From the human T2T-CHM13v2.0 reference genome, Homo sapiens, in NCBI RefSeq assembly GCF_009914755.1, contig NC_060934.1: DNA of 64,000 bases. One strand, 5' to 3'. The translations under genes and the position numbers were made by a program. This document shows, in pieces, positions 39,906 to 54,807 of the stretch. The notes beneath the pieces are model-generated. The model saw nothing but the letters and a program-made list of their open reading frames with translations, made no database searches and was not told the origin of the DNA. Position 1 is the first letter of the stretch; each line of letters opens with the position of its first letter.

Positions 39906-41029
39906 TTTTTAATCCACTCCTATTGCTTCCATTCCAAGCCTTCATAAATATGAGGGCATTTTTGGGCAAATACATCATTTTGCTTAACCGCATGACTAAA
40001 TGTTCCTAACTATGTGTCATTGTCTCTGCCGACCTCAAAATATGTTATGGCATTTCTTAATTCCCCATAGATTGCCCCATTTTGCAATAATTTCATTATC
40101 ATGATGACATCAGCTTTTGCCCTTCTTTCTAAAGTTACTACAGTCTTTTCGGGCCAGAAGAATGCCAAGCCATCAAATAGAATATTTTTATCTCAAGACA
40201 TTATATAGGTCATATTGATAAGGATGTCCATCTCAATCAATATCAGCTGTGGCCTGCTGCTTTCCAAAATAAGCCAACTTCTGTGAAATCTCTCTTACTC
40301 ACCACTCTCTGTCGAACTGCCAGTAGCAGATGTTTTCATCACTCTAAGTTAAACTACATTTTTTTCTTCCTGTAAAATAGTTTAAATGACTCTGATATTC
40401 AAACAATGCGAAAGCATTTCTCATCAGTCATACTCATGGTATATAACTAGAATCTCCGGACCCTCTACCTTGACATACTGTTTTTCTTGCAACAGACATG
40501 ATTCAAGAGGTTAAAATGTGCACAGTGAGAGACAGACTACGCCTTACCAGCCAGTATTGTTTGTGTGACATCTGCAAGTTTTTCTCATTCTATTTGGAGC
40601 TCAGAAGAATCTGGAAAGATCACTATGTCTGCATGGTCTTTACACTTGCCTAATAGTAGCAACTTGTTATGCTAGTGAACTTATTAAATGTATATTTTTA
40701 TTGATAATTTATTTTATGATTTTTTTCATGATTCATAACATTTGTGCCTATTAATATAATATTTGGGTTTATCATATGCATATGCACTCATTAATCTGTT
40801 TGATTTCCTGTGTTATGTGTTTGATGATGTCTAAGCCTGTGGGATTTGCTCTTCCCCACAAAGAGAAAGGTATAACTTCAGGATTCCATTCTTTATTTTG
40901 GTTTATTCCCTAACCGCTAATAGTCAAGTGCAAGTACTTGAAAGTTGCAACTTTCAAACTGCTTTGAACATTAGTGGGCTTCCAATACATATGGAATATG
41001 CATAGTGAAAAATATTCCAAATAGTAATT

Positions 41030-43100
41030 ATATGAATGCCTCACGTGTAGGCATTTTATATGTTATATATAAGCAAACATTCATTTCTTACAGCAATGAT
41101 AAATTATGTAAATATATGAATGTATGTAAGTTATATAAGATATAAATACCATGCTACCTCTAAAAATGAAGAAAATTAAGCTCAGATAAATTAAATAACT
41201 TGCCTAGAGACACAAATCCAATATATTTCAAATCCAGGAATACAGCCCAAGACTGTTTTACTCTAAAGCTTCAAGATAAATTGGAGGACAATAATAGTCT
41301 TCAAAATAATGTCTGCACAGAGGGTTACAGCAAGGATTAAAATAGAAAAGGCATATAAAACTTTATTCAAAATAAAATAATAGTATTCATTTTATATGAA
41401 TATTTATGACTGTCACTATAAGCTTCTTAATAATTTTGCAATTGTAGAGATAAGATATGTAGAAAATAATTATTTTATAACATAAAACATATTAGCTTTA
41501 CAAAACACAATGTGTCACCTGAGTTGAAAGCAGGAAGGGAACATATATGATTGGGGAAAATTATGCGTGAAGTAACCTTGGAGGTGGGTTTTGAGTAGAT
41601 AAAATTTCAAAAGGCATGGATACAGAGCATATACAGACTTTCCAGAAAGTAAGGGAAATCAATTAATTATGTTTCCCATTGGCTAATTTCAATAATTTAT
41701 AGGATATTTCAATTCCCCTTTGCCCTCTAGCATGTTTCATCTAAATAAGTGCTCTTTAACACTGCTGCTTATTAAAAATCTTAACAAAGAAAAGAATTCC
41801 AATTTATTATGTATGTAGAAAAGACAGAAATGACAACAACCCCCAAGGCAACATTTCCAACGCTGGAGAAAAATATAGAGAACATATGCTTTCTCTCCAG
41901 GATGGGTGTGATCTAACATCTAAAACACTTTTAACAAGTTTTTGGATCACAGCTAGCTTCACGTACCCCTTGTTTTCCCATCTGAGCATGTGTAGGGAAG
42001 GGGCTAAAGAATTAGGTTACATCTCAGATTTTCATCATAGTGTGATAGATTTACAGCAATCACAAAGCCCCAGTTTAGGGTCAGGGCTCTGACTTTTTAT
42101 TGTGCTCTAGGTACACGTCTCCTTTGGTCAGTAGGAAATGAATCAGTCTCTCACTGTTCCTCTCTTCCCATAGATCAGAAGTGTGGGGTTAACGTTAATT
42201 GGATTAATTTCCCTGAAGACTTAGAATCGACTACCCTACCTTACCTGAAGTGCCATATTTAACAGAGCTGATCATATTTCAAGATGGAATACTCTATTGA
42301 GAAATGCAGTCCATGTGAGAGTTGTAAGTTGCAAGTAAGAGAAATGGAGAACATGGGAAAGGCAATGGGAAGACATGAAAAGTTTTTGAGCCAGGGGAAT
42401 TCCTAATTAAAACGTTGCAATAGGAAGATTAACCTGGCACCACAGTTTAATTATCCTTGTAACACAGAGGATCAGGAGGTGGTGGGTTGCACAGCAGTAT
42501 GAATACCCCTGGGAAAGACTGCCAACAGGATTTAGGCTAGTCACAGTGGGGCAGGAAGAAGCACATGATGCTACGCACCTAGCTTTCCCTTTCCTTTCCC
42601 TTCCCCTTTTATGGAGTAAGACCTCCCCAGGCTATGCCCAGTATTTCACTTACTCCCTGAGCAGCAAATCTATCCACCTACTATTTTTGGTCTGCAACTC
42701 ACTCCCCTGCAAACTCTTAACATTAGCTTGGTATGACCATTTGTGTTTTTCATTTCTGTACCAAGCTATAGACATGTAGATCACTATCATGACAAATGTA
42801 CACTCTTTACCTTCAACTGGACCCACTTATAGAGAACTTATGTTCAGTGTTATGAGCTCCCTTTCTCAAACTCCACACTGACGGTTTCTTCTGCAACCAT
42901 TCTCTCCTATACCATTTTTCCATTATCTCCCACATTACCATTAGCCAATGACCCTAGATTTACTTAATAGAGGAAGTAGCTACCATCTGTCAAAGCTTCA
43001 TTCATTTTTGTATCCTGACTACAAATGAATTCTTACCACAGTGGTCTCTTTCTTCTTGTAACTAAAAAATAAAACAATTCTCTTTCCTCCTTCCAAGCAA
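41030..43100. mobile_element. Mixed decayed MIR and L2 fragments
   Basis: aaaatgaagaaaattaagctcagataaattaaataacttgccta (MIR, minus); ggcaatgggaagacatgaaaagtttttgagccagggga (L2, minus); pyrimidine-rich L2-like 42600-43100. Confidence 0.55.
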
Positions 43101-43440
43101 ATATTTCGAATAGGACTAGCCTTTGGCTAAGGATTTGAGTAAAGTTCTTTCATGTGGTCCAAAATGTACAGGCAAAACTTTTTATTAAGAGAAATATGGC
43201 TCAGTACAGGGAGTCATTCTTCTGCTGGGCACCCAAGTGGCCCAATTATAAAAGCTGCAGGGGCAGAGAGGAAATGAGAAAAGAACAAACACTTTGATGC
43301 AAAATACTGTACTCCATTGGAAAGCAGTTGCCTTGTAAAATATTAAAACATTGAGGAGTTAGAAAAAGCTGTCTCTTCTAATGAGTTTGGGCATTATTAT
43401 CACTGAGAAACTTTATCCACAATGAAGAAAACTCTGTGGC

Positions 43441-43479
43441 ATGTGTGTGTGCGTGTGTGTGTGTTTGTGTGTGTGTGTG
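43441..43479. repeat. Imperfect (TG)n
   Basis: Seen directly. Confidence 0.9.
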
Positions 43480-44434
43480 ATTCACAGGTCCCAACAATCA
43501 GAAAGGAAGAGAGAAATTTCTATAACATACGCCATGAGAAGGGACCATATCAAGCTCACACCCACACACAATTGATATTGAGATGCACAGTATCCACATA
43601 CCACCTTCCCTTCACATCTGTTTTTCCATAAATGGTTCTTCCAGATTTGGAGTGTCAAAAGTAACAACTCCTATACTCACCGCATGAATGACGCACATGT
43701 AAGGTCACTTAGCTTGAATACCAGAGACACAGAGAAGGGTCTTTCTTGAGGATGATATTAATCCCTATGATGATGGGGAGAAGTTTGTTAAAAGGTGACT
43801 CTATGGATGGTGTCCCACCTGGTAATGATGAGTGAACAAGTATTTCTGAGAGGAGAGATGCAGATGGAGGATGTGTTAGGGACTAGGGTATGCCCACCAG
43901 AGGGCTCTCTGTAAAGACACTGAATTTCCAATGCATGGCTTCTGAAGACAGGAAAAGTCATGCTAATGATAGTTTTAAGAATCTGTTTTCCTTTTCCCAT
44001 ACTGTAATTTATCCAACAAATGTTGTATTTTCATACAGCCTTTTGTGGTGCAGATGTGAAGAATCAGTGCAAAGGCTGCTTGTCTCACATTTGCCTCTTG
44101 GTTCGCTTCTTGGCAGGGGCTCCATCCTATCAAGTTGGGAATTTCAGGCCACGAACAGCAGTAAGGTGAGCAATGTGACCTGATGGAGGTGGGAATACTT
44201 GGGGGGAGATGGAAGGGGCTACAGTAGTGAAAGTTTAGAAGAAATAATAAGTTCCAAATGTTTACTATTCCCTAGCAGAAGGTAAGCCAGGGGCATGGAG
44301 TGGGACTCTATGTCTGCACTCAAGCTTTTATTCCTCACATAAGGGACACGTTTCCCCACAGTCCAGGCCACGTCACCTCTTGCCAGTGTCCTCATTGTAC
44401 TTTATTACTTCATAAAAACCACCATATATTGAGC

Positions 44435-44716
44435 GGCCAAGGCAGTGGATCACGAGGTCAGGAGTTCGAGACCAGCCTGGCGAACATGACAAAACCCTGT
44501 CTCTACTAAAAATACAAAAATTGGCCAGGCCCACGTGGTGGCAGGGGCCTGTAATCCCAGCTACCTGGGAGGCTGAGGTAGGAGAATCGCTTGACCCAGG
44601 AGGCAGAGGTTGCAGTGAGCCGAGATTGCGCCACTGCACTCCAGCCTGGGCAACAGAGCAAGACTGTGTCAAAAAAAAAAACAAAAAACAAACAACAACA
44701 ACAACAACAAAAAAAC
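44435..44716 (+). mobile_element. 5'-truncated AluSg-like with (CAA)n tail
   Basis: ggatcacgaggtcaggagttcgagaccagcctgg...; catatatt on both flanks. Confidence 0.93.
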
Positions 44717-44953
44717 ATATATTTTCCTTTCATTTCTTTTTATTTTACATGTGAACAATTGCACTTCTATTCAATTAAAAATTATTAAAAAACAATAAGT
44801 TTTAAAAAGGAGCTGTAGTTTCTTTTCTGCTCTCACAATTTCTATAAGAATTGCCTGTACCAGTCAGTCTCCAAAAAGAAAGGGAAAGAATGGGGAGAAT
44901 CACAATCAACTGAGCAGGTATTTTTTTTCTTTTCAAATATACCCCCATATTGA

Positions 44954-45436
<483 letters not shown>

Positions 45437-45804
45437 CAAACTTTTAATTTTTGTCTTAAATTACCCTTGCTAAGATCAACCACAACCTTTGATAACCACA
45501 ATAACTGGTCTCTTCTCAATCTTTATTTTGGTTGAGGCTCCTATGTTGACCATCTCTCCCTTTGACTTCTCATGGATGGGGTACATGACAATCACAGCAG
45601 TGTCATTATTTGGATGACAGGATTTGAAGTCAGCCAGGCCTGGGTTGAAAGCTCGGCTCACTTCTTCACAATGTAATATTGAGCACATAGCATGAACTTT
45701 AGGACTCCATTGATAAATTTATTTGATAAAACCAATTTTATATGGGGTATCATAAAGGTTAAATAAGAAAACACACACATATCATCATCACACACACATA
45801 CATA

Positions 45805-46770
45805 TAAAGTAGGTTATACTTCGCTATAATTAGTAAGATTCCTAAATCTCAATGGCTCTACACAACCACGTTAATTTTCTATCTGTGCTACTTGTCTAAT
45901 GCCCATCAGATGAGGAACTTTGCTCTGCATGGTCATTCAAAACCCATGGTGACGTTGTCCTTCCATCTTGTGGCTATACCCCTTGGGACACTTGGCTTTC
46001 TCAAAGGCAGGAGCAAGGAAAGACAGGGTAGAATAGCAAATGGTCTGTTAACTACTTCAGCCCTAAAGTGACACATATTACTTCTGAATGTGCAGCAGTA
46101 GTATTCAGTCACACTGTCCCACTTAATTGTTAGGAGGCTAAGAAATTCTATGAAGCAGGTAGAATATTTGGTGAACAGCACTGTTTTTGCCTCAGGGTCC
46201 CCTTGTGATCATCAATTTTGGCTCCTCTCCCTTTTAAGTAAAACACATTGGAGATCCTCAACTTCTCCCAGGGATGACAAGCCAAAGTCATATGTACATG
46301 CTGAAAGGAAAGTTTGGGATCTCTGGGGTAAAATCTAAAGTCTAAGTTTCACTTATTTTGCTGAGGATCACTAAATTTTTAAACAAAAGAAAAATAAAAG
46401 GAATATCTGCACTCTCCACCATATACAGATAATGGTGGAACAGGGGTAATACTCCAGTGTAAAAAGAAGAGATGCACAGAAGTCACTGAATTGTAGCAAA
46501 TTCTGAAAGAATGCCGGGTAGATATTTTGAAGCTATCTTAAAGGAAATGGGGCATGTTCCTTGATTAGGCTCCAATTCTGGTTTCTGAAGGGACTTTCAT
46601 TTTCCATTATTCTTCATGGCTCTTGCAGCATTCATAGGGTGAGTATTTTTTGGCCTCTGTCTCCTTGATAACAATTGAGATATTCACGGGGGATTTCCTT
46701 CCCTCTGGACTGTGCCTAATTACAATATGAGAAAGACTGGCAGCCCAAATATACTTTTAAACTTGAGTAT
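45805..46770 (-). mobile_element. MLT1J-like LTR (45805-46194) plus adjacent MaLR internal fragment
   Basis: cctaaatctcaatggct...ccttccatcttgtggct...aagtgacacatattacttctg...gaatatttggtgaacagc; followed by internal-like sequence. Confidence 0.7.
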
Positions 46771-46822
46771 TGCATTTTGGTGTATACTTTGTTCTATTTG
46801 TTCTATGTGTATAGATCCTCAA

Positions 46823-46824
46823 AT

Positions 46825-46855
<31 letters not shown>

Positions 46856-46903
46856 AATATACTATATAAACTAATAAATGATATATACATGATAATATCT
46901 GAG

Positions 46904-46935
<32 letters not shown>
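46823..46935. repeat. (CA)n and (TA)n microsatellites
   Basis: Seen directly. Confidence 0.92.
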
Positions 46936-47052
46936 GTAAATATAACAGTACAACTCTCTCAAAAACATAATAACAACTTCATTTTCTCACCAAGGTGGAG
47001 TAAAAGGAATTGAATTTACATCTTCACCTGAAACAATTAAAAACTCAGACAT

Positions 47053-47358
<306 letters not shown>

Positions 47359-48659
47359 TTAATACTTTGGCCATCAGGCAATGAAGATAGTAATTCCTGA
47401 GATAATGGAAATGAGTGATTTAAGCCCTACGCTTCCCCTTATTTACACATAGAGACAGGTTCTTGGCCTCAGCTCTGGAAGAGGAAACCCAGTCAGATAT
47501 GACGCCCTCTCAGAGTGGAGCAGACAAAGATGGGAGTCCAGGGATTTCAGGGTAGCACAAGATTGAAGGGCAGGATTCTGTGGAGAGAATTCTGGATAGT
47601 CACAGAGGTAAACCTCACGTCTTCAGCTGTGTACTGAAACCTTGAGTTCAGGAAAAGATGCAATTGAAATGATTTAAGGAATAATCACAGTGCTCATAGA
47701 GGGCCAGAACTAGTTTCTGTTCCCACCAGCTGAGATAGAAAGCCTCATAATTAATGGGGCATAGGTGGAGTACTCAGCAAGTCAGGAAAATTTTCCAGAT
47801 AACCACAGTTCAGGACAAATCTTAAGAATATTTACAGAAATACAAAAATATCCAATACTCAATAAGAAAAGTCTTTATCTGTCATCAAATTCAAAATGTT
47901 CAGGCAAGCAAAAATACAATTATAATGACGATAAAAATCAATAAATCAAAATTTAACACTGAAATAAAGTATTGTTAAAGGATTGTTATAAATGTATTTC
48001 TATGTTAAAGATGTTAGAGAAAAGATTGGGATATAAAAAAATAAAGTTTCTAAAGATGTGAAAACTGTAATGCCTAATATGAAAAATATACTGGATGAGA
48101 TTAAAGACAAATTAGACATCACAGGGAAAAAAAATACTGAATTTAAAGTGAGAGTGATAAAAACTATTAAAATGAAACACAGCAAAAAATAAAAGAAAAT
48201 GAACAGAGCATCTCAGAGCTGTGCAGAAATTTCAAGCACCATAATATATATGTAATTTGAATCTCAAAACAAAAAGATAGATGGGGATATAGAAAACTAC
48301 TTGATAAGCCAAAGATCCAAAGTTTGGCAAATCCCAAAAACAAGAAATATTAAGAAAATTACATCAAGGCACTTCCAAATCAAGTTTCTTAAAAATGGAA
48401 ATAAAGAAGAAAAAAAGCATCTATGAAAGAAAAATTAAGAGTATATTTAAAGCAAAAGATTTTCCATTGGAAACAATGTATGACAGAGGAGAGTGAAGCA
48501 AAATCTTTAAGTTGTTAAATGAAATTATTGTGAACCTAGAACTGTAGTATACACCAAATGGAACATCTTTCAAAGAAGGATGAAATAAAGATGTTTTCAG
48601 ACATGCGTAAGCTAAAAGTTTTAATATTATCCTGCCTGCACTACAAGAAATGTTAACAG

Positions 48660-50822
48660 ACATACAGCTAAACAAAATTAGGAAAACAATACATTAACAA
48701 AATTAGAAGTTCAACAAAGAGGTAAAAACAGTTAAAAAAAAAAGGGACTGGAGAATACATAACTAATATAAAAAATTACTAGAGGGATTCACAAGCAGAT
48801 TTAATCAAGAAGAGAGAATTGAGAGACTAGAAGGCAGATCATGAGAAATAATCCAGTCAACAAAAAAGAAAAAAGAAAAAGAAAAGGGTGAAGAAAATCT
48901 AAGAGTCTTATAGGATGCAATCAAGGTAACCAATATGTGCACTATAAAGTTCCCAAAAGGAGAACAGAGAGAGAAAAGAACAGATAGCCCATTTAAAAAA
49001 ATAACAGCCCCAAACTTCCCAAATCTAGAGAGGACAACTGACATGTAATTTCATGAAGCATGAATGTCTCCAAATAGTTAAGTGTAAAGATATCTGCATA
49101 GGGGCATAGTATAGTCAAATTGTCAAAAGTCAAAAACAAAGAGGAAAGTTGGAAAGTGGAAAAAAATAAAAGCAACTCCTCACATGAGCCCTGCATAAGA
49201 CTGTCAGTGGATTTCTCAGAAGAAACCCTGCAGGCCAAGAAAGACTGGGATGAACACTCTTCCCCAGACAAACAATAATTAAAGAAGTTCATCACCACTA
49301 GACCTATGTTAAAGGAAAAGCTAAAGGGAGTTTTTCAACTTGAAATAAAAGGACACTAATTAGCAACATGAAAACCTATGAAATGATAAAACTCACTGGC
49401 AAAAGCTAAGTATTATATATGACTAAATACAGAATACTTTGTTTATTAATTTATTTTATTTTATCTTTGTAGACACAGGGTCTCACTCTGTTGCCCAGGC
49501 TAGAGTGTAGTGATGTGACCATAGCTCACTGCAGCCTTGAACGTCTGGGCTCAAGCAACCCTGCTGCTTCAGCCTCCTCAGTAGCTGGAACTATAGGCTG
49601 CAACATCATCATCATGTTCGGCTATTTTTTTATTTTCACTTTTGTAGGATAGAGTCTCTGTATGTTGCCCAAGCTGGTCTCCAACTTCTGGTCTCAAGCA
49701 ATCTTTCCACCTTGGCCTCTCAAAGTGCTGGGATTGCTGGTGTGAGACACAGTGTTCAATCTCAAAACCAGAATAGTTTAATATTGTAGTAATGGTGCAT
49801 AAAATATTTTCAATTCTAGTATAAAATTTAAAAGACAAACATTTTAAAAACTAAAATGGTTTATAAATGGACACACAATGTAAAAGGTAACAACAATAAC
49901 AAAGTATAGAGGGAGAAATAAAAGTGTAGAGATTTTGTATATGATTAAAGTTGCTATCAGCTTAAAATAGACTATTATAACTAGATGATATTTTATGTCA
50001 GCTCTCTGGTTAATACAAATAAAAAACCTGTAATAGAGAGACAGCATATGAGGAAAGAGAAATCAAAGTATATCCCTCCAAAAATAATCACATAATCACA
50101 AAACAAGACAGCAAGAGAGGAATAAAGCCAATGAAGGAACTACAAGAAAGTCAGAAAATAATTAACAAAATGAAATTTACTTTAAATGTTAATGAATTAA
50201 ATTTCCTAATTAAAATACATAGAGAGTAGCTGAGTGGATTTTTAAAAACCAACTATATGCTGCCTACAAGACTCACTTTAATTTTAAGAACACATCTACT
50301 GAAAGCAAAGGGATGAAAAACTGTTCCATGCAAATGGTAACGAAGAGAGAGCCAAAGTGGCTATTCTTATATCAGACAAAATAGATCAGTCAAAAACTGT
50401 CATAAAAGGCAAAAATGTTACTATATATTGATAAAAATGTCAAACAAAAGGATATAGCAGTTATAAATATATATGTAGCCAATATTGTAGCACCTAAACA
50501 TGTAAAGCAAATATTAACAGATCTGAAGGGAGAAATAGAGAGCAATATAATAACATTAGGAAACTTTAAAATTCTAGTTTCAATAATAGATAAATCATCG
50601 AGACAGAAAATCCTAAGAAAACAGTGGACTTGAACAATGCTACAGAACAAATGGACTGAACATTTCATCCAACAGCAGTAGACTACAAATTCTTCAGAAG
50701 CACACACAGAACATTCTCCAGCATAGATCATGTTAGGCTACAAAACAAGTCTTAAAAAAATAGGAAACTTGGATTTACAGCAAATATATTTTCTGACCCA
50801 TGGTATAAAGCTAGAAATCAAT
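48660..50822 (+). mobile_element. Second L1M (L1MA/MB-like) ORF1-EN fragment nested in the L1MD
   Basis: A second ORF1 (taagactgtcagtggatttctcagaagaaaccctgcaggccaagaaagactggg) and a second EN domain (ORF 50415-50633 ..INIYVANIVAPKHVKQILTDLKGEIESNIITLGNF..). Confidence 0.8.
49441..49760 (-). mobile_element. AluJ (Jr/Jo-like)
   Basis: catagctcactgcagccttgaac, gggctcaagc; TSD-like cagaatacttt / cagaatagttt. Confidence 0.9.
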
Positions 50823-52771
50823 AGATAACTGACTGTATAAGGCAAAAATAACAACAATGTATTACAAGATTTATAACACACATAGAAATAAAATGCTTAA
50901 CAAGAGTAGTACAAAGGTGAGCAAATTAGAGTTGGATGTCTTAATACATTTGCTGTAATATTCTCATATGTAAAATAGTAAAAGCACTTAAATGTTAACT
51001 GTGATAAATTTAAGTTGTATACTAAAGCCCTACAGCCACCATGGTAGGGTGTGGGTGTGGAGTTAACAAAAAATTGTAGCTAACTGACCAACAAATAAGC
51101 TAAGAAAATCATTTTTAAAAATTAGCTAATCCAAAATATAGAAGAAAAAAGGGAAAACTGAACAAGAACAGGTTATATAGATAAAAAACATCAAAATTCC
51201 AGATTCAAATCTAACCATATCAATAATCATATTAAACAAAAATTGTCTGAATACCTCAATTAAATGGCAGTCATTGTCAAATTGGCTAAAACAGCAAGAC
51301 CCAATAAAATGTTGCCTATAGAAAACCAACTTAAATGTAAAGACACAAATAGAATGAAAGTAAAAAGAATTTAAAAAGAGAACTATAATGTTGACATTAA
51401 TTTAAAAAAATAATCTGGAGTAACTTCATTAATATGGGACAAAGTAGATTTCAGAGTAAAGAATATTGCCAGAAATAAAGGGGCCATATCAAAATGATAA
51501 AGGGATTAATTCATTAAGATGATATAATAATTCTAAATCATTCTACACCTAATGAAAAAGCCATAAATCACTTGAAACAAACAGTGACAGAACTGAAAAA
51601 ATAACTAAAATCCACAATTATAACATGATATCTTGACACCATCCCCTTAATAATTGATTGAGTATACAGAAAATCAATAAGAAAATAAATGACTGGAACC
51701 ATACTATGACCTAACTGATGTTTACAAAATACCCCACCCAGCAGCAGTAGAAATGATTACTTTTCAGGTATGTACAAGACATTTACCTAGACAAATCTTA
51801 TTCTGAATAATAAAACAAGTCTCAAAAGTTTAAAAAGACTGAATTTATAAAAGAATACTTTCTGACCACAGTGGAACTATATAAGAAAAATATCTGGAAT
51901 GTCCCTAAATATTCAGAAAATGAATCGTAAATGTCTAAATAACCTGTGAGCCAAAAAAAAGATATAAATAAGGAAATTATAAATTACGTAAATCAGTACA
52001 AAATTGTAAACACAATATACCAAACCTTGTTGTATGCAACGAACAGTACTTAGAATATTTATATCACAAAATGCCTATACAGTAAAGAAGAAAGAGTTCA
52101 AATTAATAGCCTAATCTTCTCCCATAAGAAACAAACAAGTAAACAAACAAAAATAAATCATTAAAAACAACAAAGCAGAAAAAAGGAAATAATAATGAGC
52201 ACAGCAAAAATTATGAAAAATCAATGAAACAAAAATTGGTTAAGTGGTATACGTTAAGGAAACTAAAAAATCTCTAGACATGCTAATGCATCAAAAAAAA
52301 AAGAATAGGCACAATTTTCAATTTACTGAGTGAAAACGTGACATTACTATAGATCCTACAGATTTCAAAGGCTGGAGAAATATACTGAACAGATTTATGC
52401 TATTAAGTTTCTTCAATTTAGATGGTATGAACAAAGTCCTTGAAAGATGTCAACTACCAATGCATGTATATATAAAGTATATATGTATATATAATACACA
52501 TACATGTATTTATACATCTATGCATATATGATCATACATATTCATGTGTGTGTGTAAATATAACCTGAATAGCTTCATATCTATTGAAAAATTGAATATG
52601 TAATTTATAATTTTCTGGTGGTAACAATATTCTGGGACCACCAGAATATTATCTTCAAGGTAAATTTAACCAACCTTGAAGGATTAACACCAGTTATATT
52701 CAAACTATTCCATAGCATTTAAGACAAAGGAATATTTCTCAGCACATTCAATAATATTTAAATAATTATCA

Positions 52772-53074
<303 letters not shown>

Positions 53075-53137
53075 TCATTATCATATTGAAATCAATTGAG
53101 AACATTACAAAAAAAAAGTACAGATCAATACCCCTCA

Positions 53138-53139
<2 letters not shown>

Positions 53140-53178
<39 letters not shown>
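53140..53178. repeat. (CA)n microsatellite
   Basis: Seen directly. Confidence 0.96.
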
Positions 53179-53181
<3 letters not shown>

Positions 53182-54399
53182 TTAACAAAATTTTGGGAAA
53201 TTGAAAAAAATATATGAATAAGGCGATTTAAACATCTAAGTAGTGTTTATCCCAGGAATTCATGGTTTGTTTAACATTAGAAAATAAATAATGTATCATA
53301 TGAGCAGAATAAAAAGAAAAAATAGCCAGATCATATCAATATATGCAGAAAAGAAATTGACAATATCTAACATCTATTTCTAATATTTAAAACAAACAAA
53401 CAACATCTCTTAGTAAACTAAGATCATGTAGAATTTCCTTAAATTGGTACAGGACTATAATGAAAAACTCTTTAGCTAACATCATACTTAATTTTAAAAA
53501 GTCCCTAAAATAACGAATAAAGTAAGGATGTCCATGCTCACCATTTCTATTAAACAATGTTCTGGAAGCTTCAGCTACTGCAACAAGGCAATATAAATAA
53601 ATATCCAGAAAGGAACTATATTTTATTTTTATTCACAGACAACAAAATTGTTTCTATAGAAAACGCTAGAGAATTCACCAGTAACACTACTACAACTAAA
53701 AAGAGTGAGTTTCACAAGTTTGCAAAATAGAAACAACAGTAACATACAAGAATAAATTGTATTTCTATATAGTGACAATGAACAATTGGAATCTGAAACT
53801 TAGATAACATTTCCAATAGCATGAAAATATGAAATACTTATGGATAATTCTGATGCACAGGACCTTTATATTGAAAACTAGACAATATTTCCAAGAGAAA
53901 CTATAGCATATATAAATAAATGAAAAATGTAACACATTCATTGACTGAATAGCTCAATAATGTTAAGATGTTATTTCTCCATAAATTCATCTTCCTATAG
54001 AGTACTTTGTAGAAATTGAGAAAGTGATCTTAAAATTTATATGGAAATTCAAAAAGCAAAGAGTCAAAATAATTTTGAAAAAGATGAACTGTTTGAGGAC
54101 TGAAACTAACTAGAGATTTGTAAAGCTACAGGAATTTTGAAAAAAAGTGGTATTGGCATAAATATAGAGAAATATACCAATAGGACAGAATAGGGAATGA
54201 AGAAAGAGATATGTACTTATAATTTCCCTTGATTTTTGTCAACGTTACAATAGTAATTCATGCTACTTTTAGGTATTTACCTAAAGTAAGTAAAAGCATA
54301 TTCCCTTATATAGACTGGTACATGAATGTTCACAGTAGCTTTATTTGTAATCCTCAAGTCCTAGTAACAGCCTCAACAACAGGCTAATACAGTTTCTGT

Positions 54400-54807
54400 A
54401 ACACAGTAGTTGGTGTGTTGGGCCATCCCTCATCCCCCTTCAGTACCAGGACACTCATTTCAGTTCCCTAAGCTGTGGCCTGCTGAAGGCTCACAGCTGA
54501 ATCCACACCCAGTAACTTCCCTAGGATTTGGCTAAAGGTAGTTGCCTAGTCCTGGCATCAGCCTACATTTAAAATCTGGCTGATAAAAGAGGGCAAACGG
54601 TGAGCACCTTCGCCTCAACTTTGGACAATCCTGACAGCCCCCTAAAGTCCAGGACTTCCCACAAAAGCAGCTGAAGCCTAGGTTGTGAATGCCTCTTATT
54701 CTCCATCTGCCCAATCCTTTCTTCCATCCTTCATATTTTGTTTCTAAGAGGATTTTCCCAAATAAATCTCCCACATGCAAATATATCTCAGGCTCTGTTG
54801 AAAACAT
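54400..54807 (+). mobile_element. LTR16A/E-like ERVL solo LTR
   Basis: catcccccttcagtaccaggacactcatt...cttcgcctcaactttggacaa...ctgcccaatcctttcttcc...aataaatctcccacatgcaaat. Confidence 0.75.
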
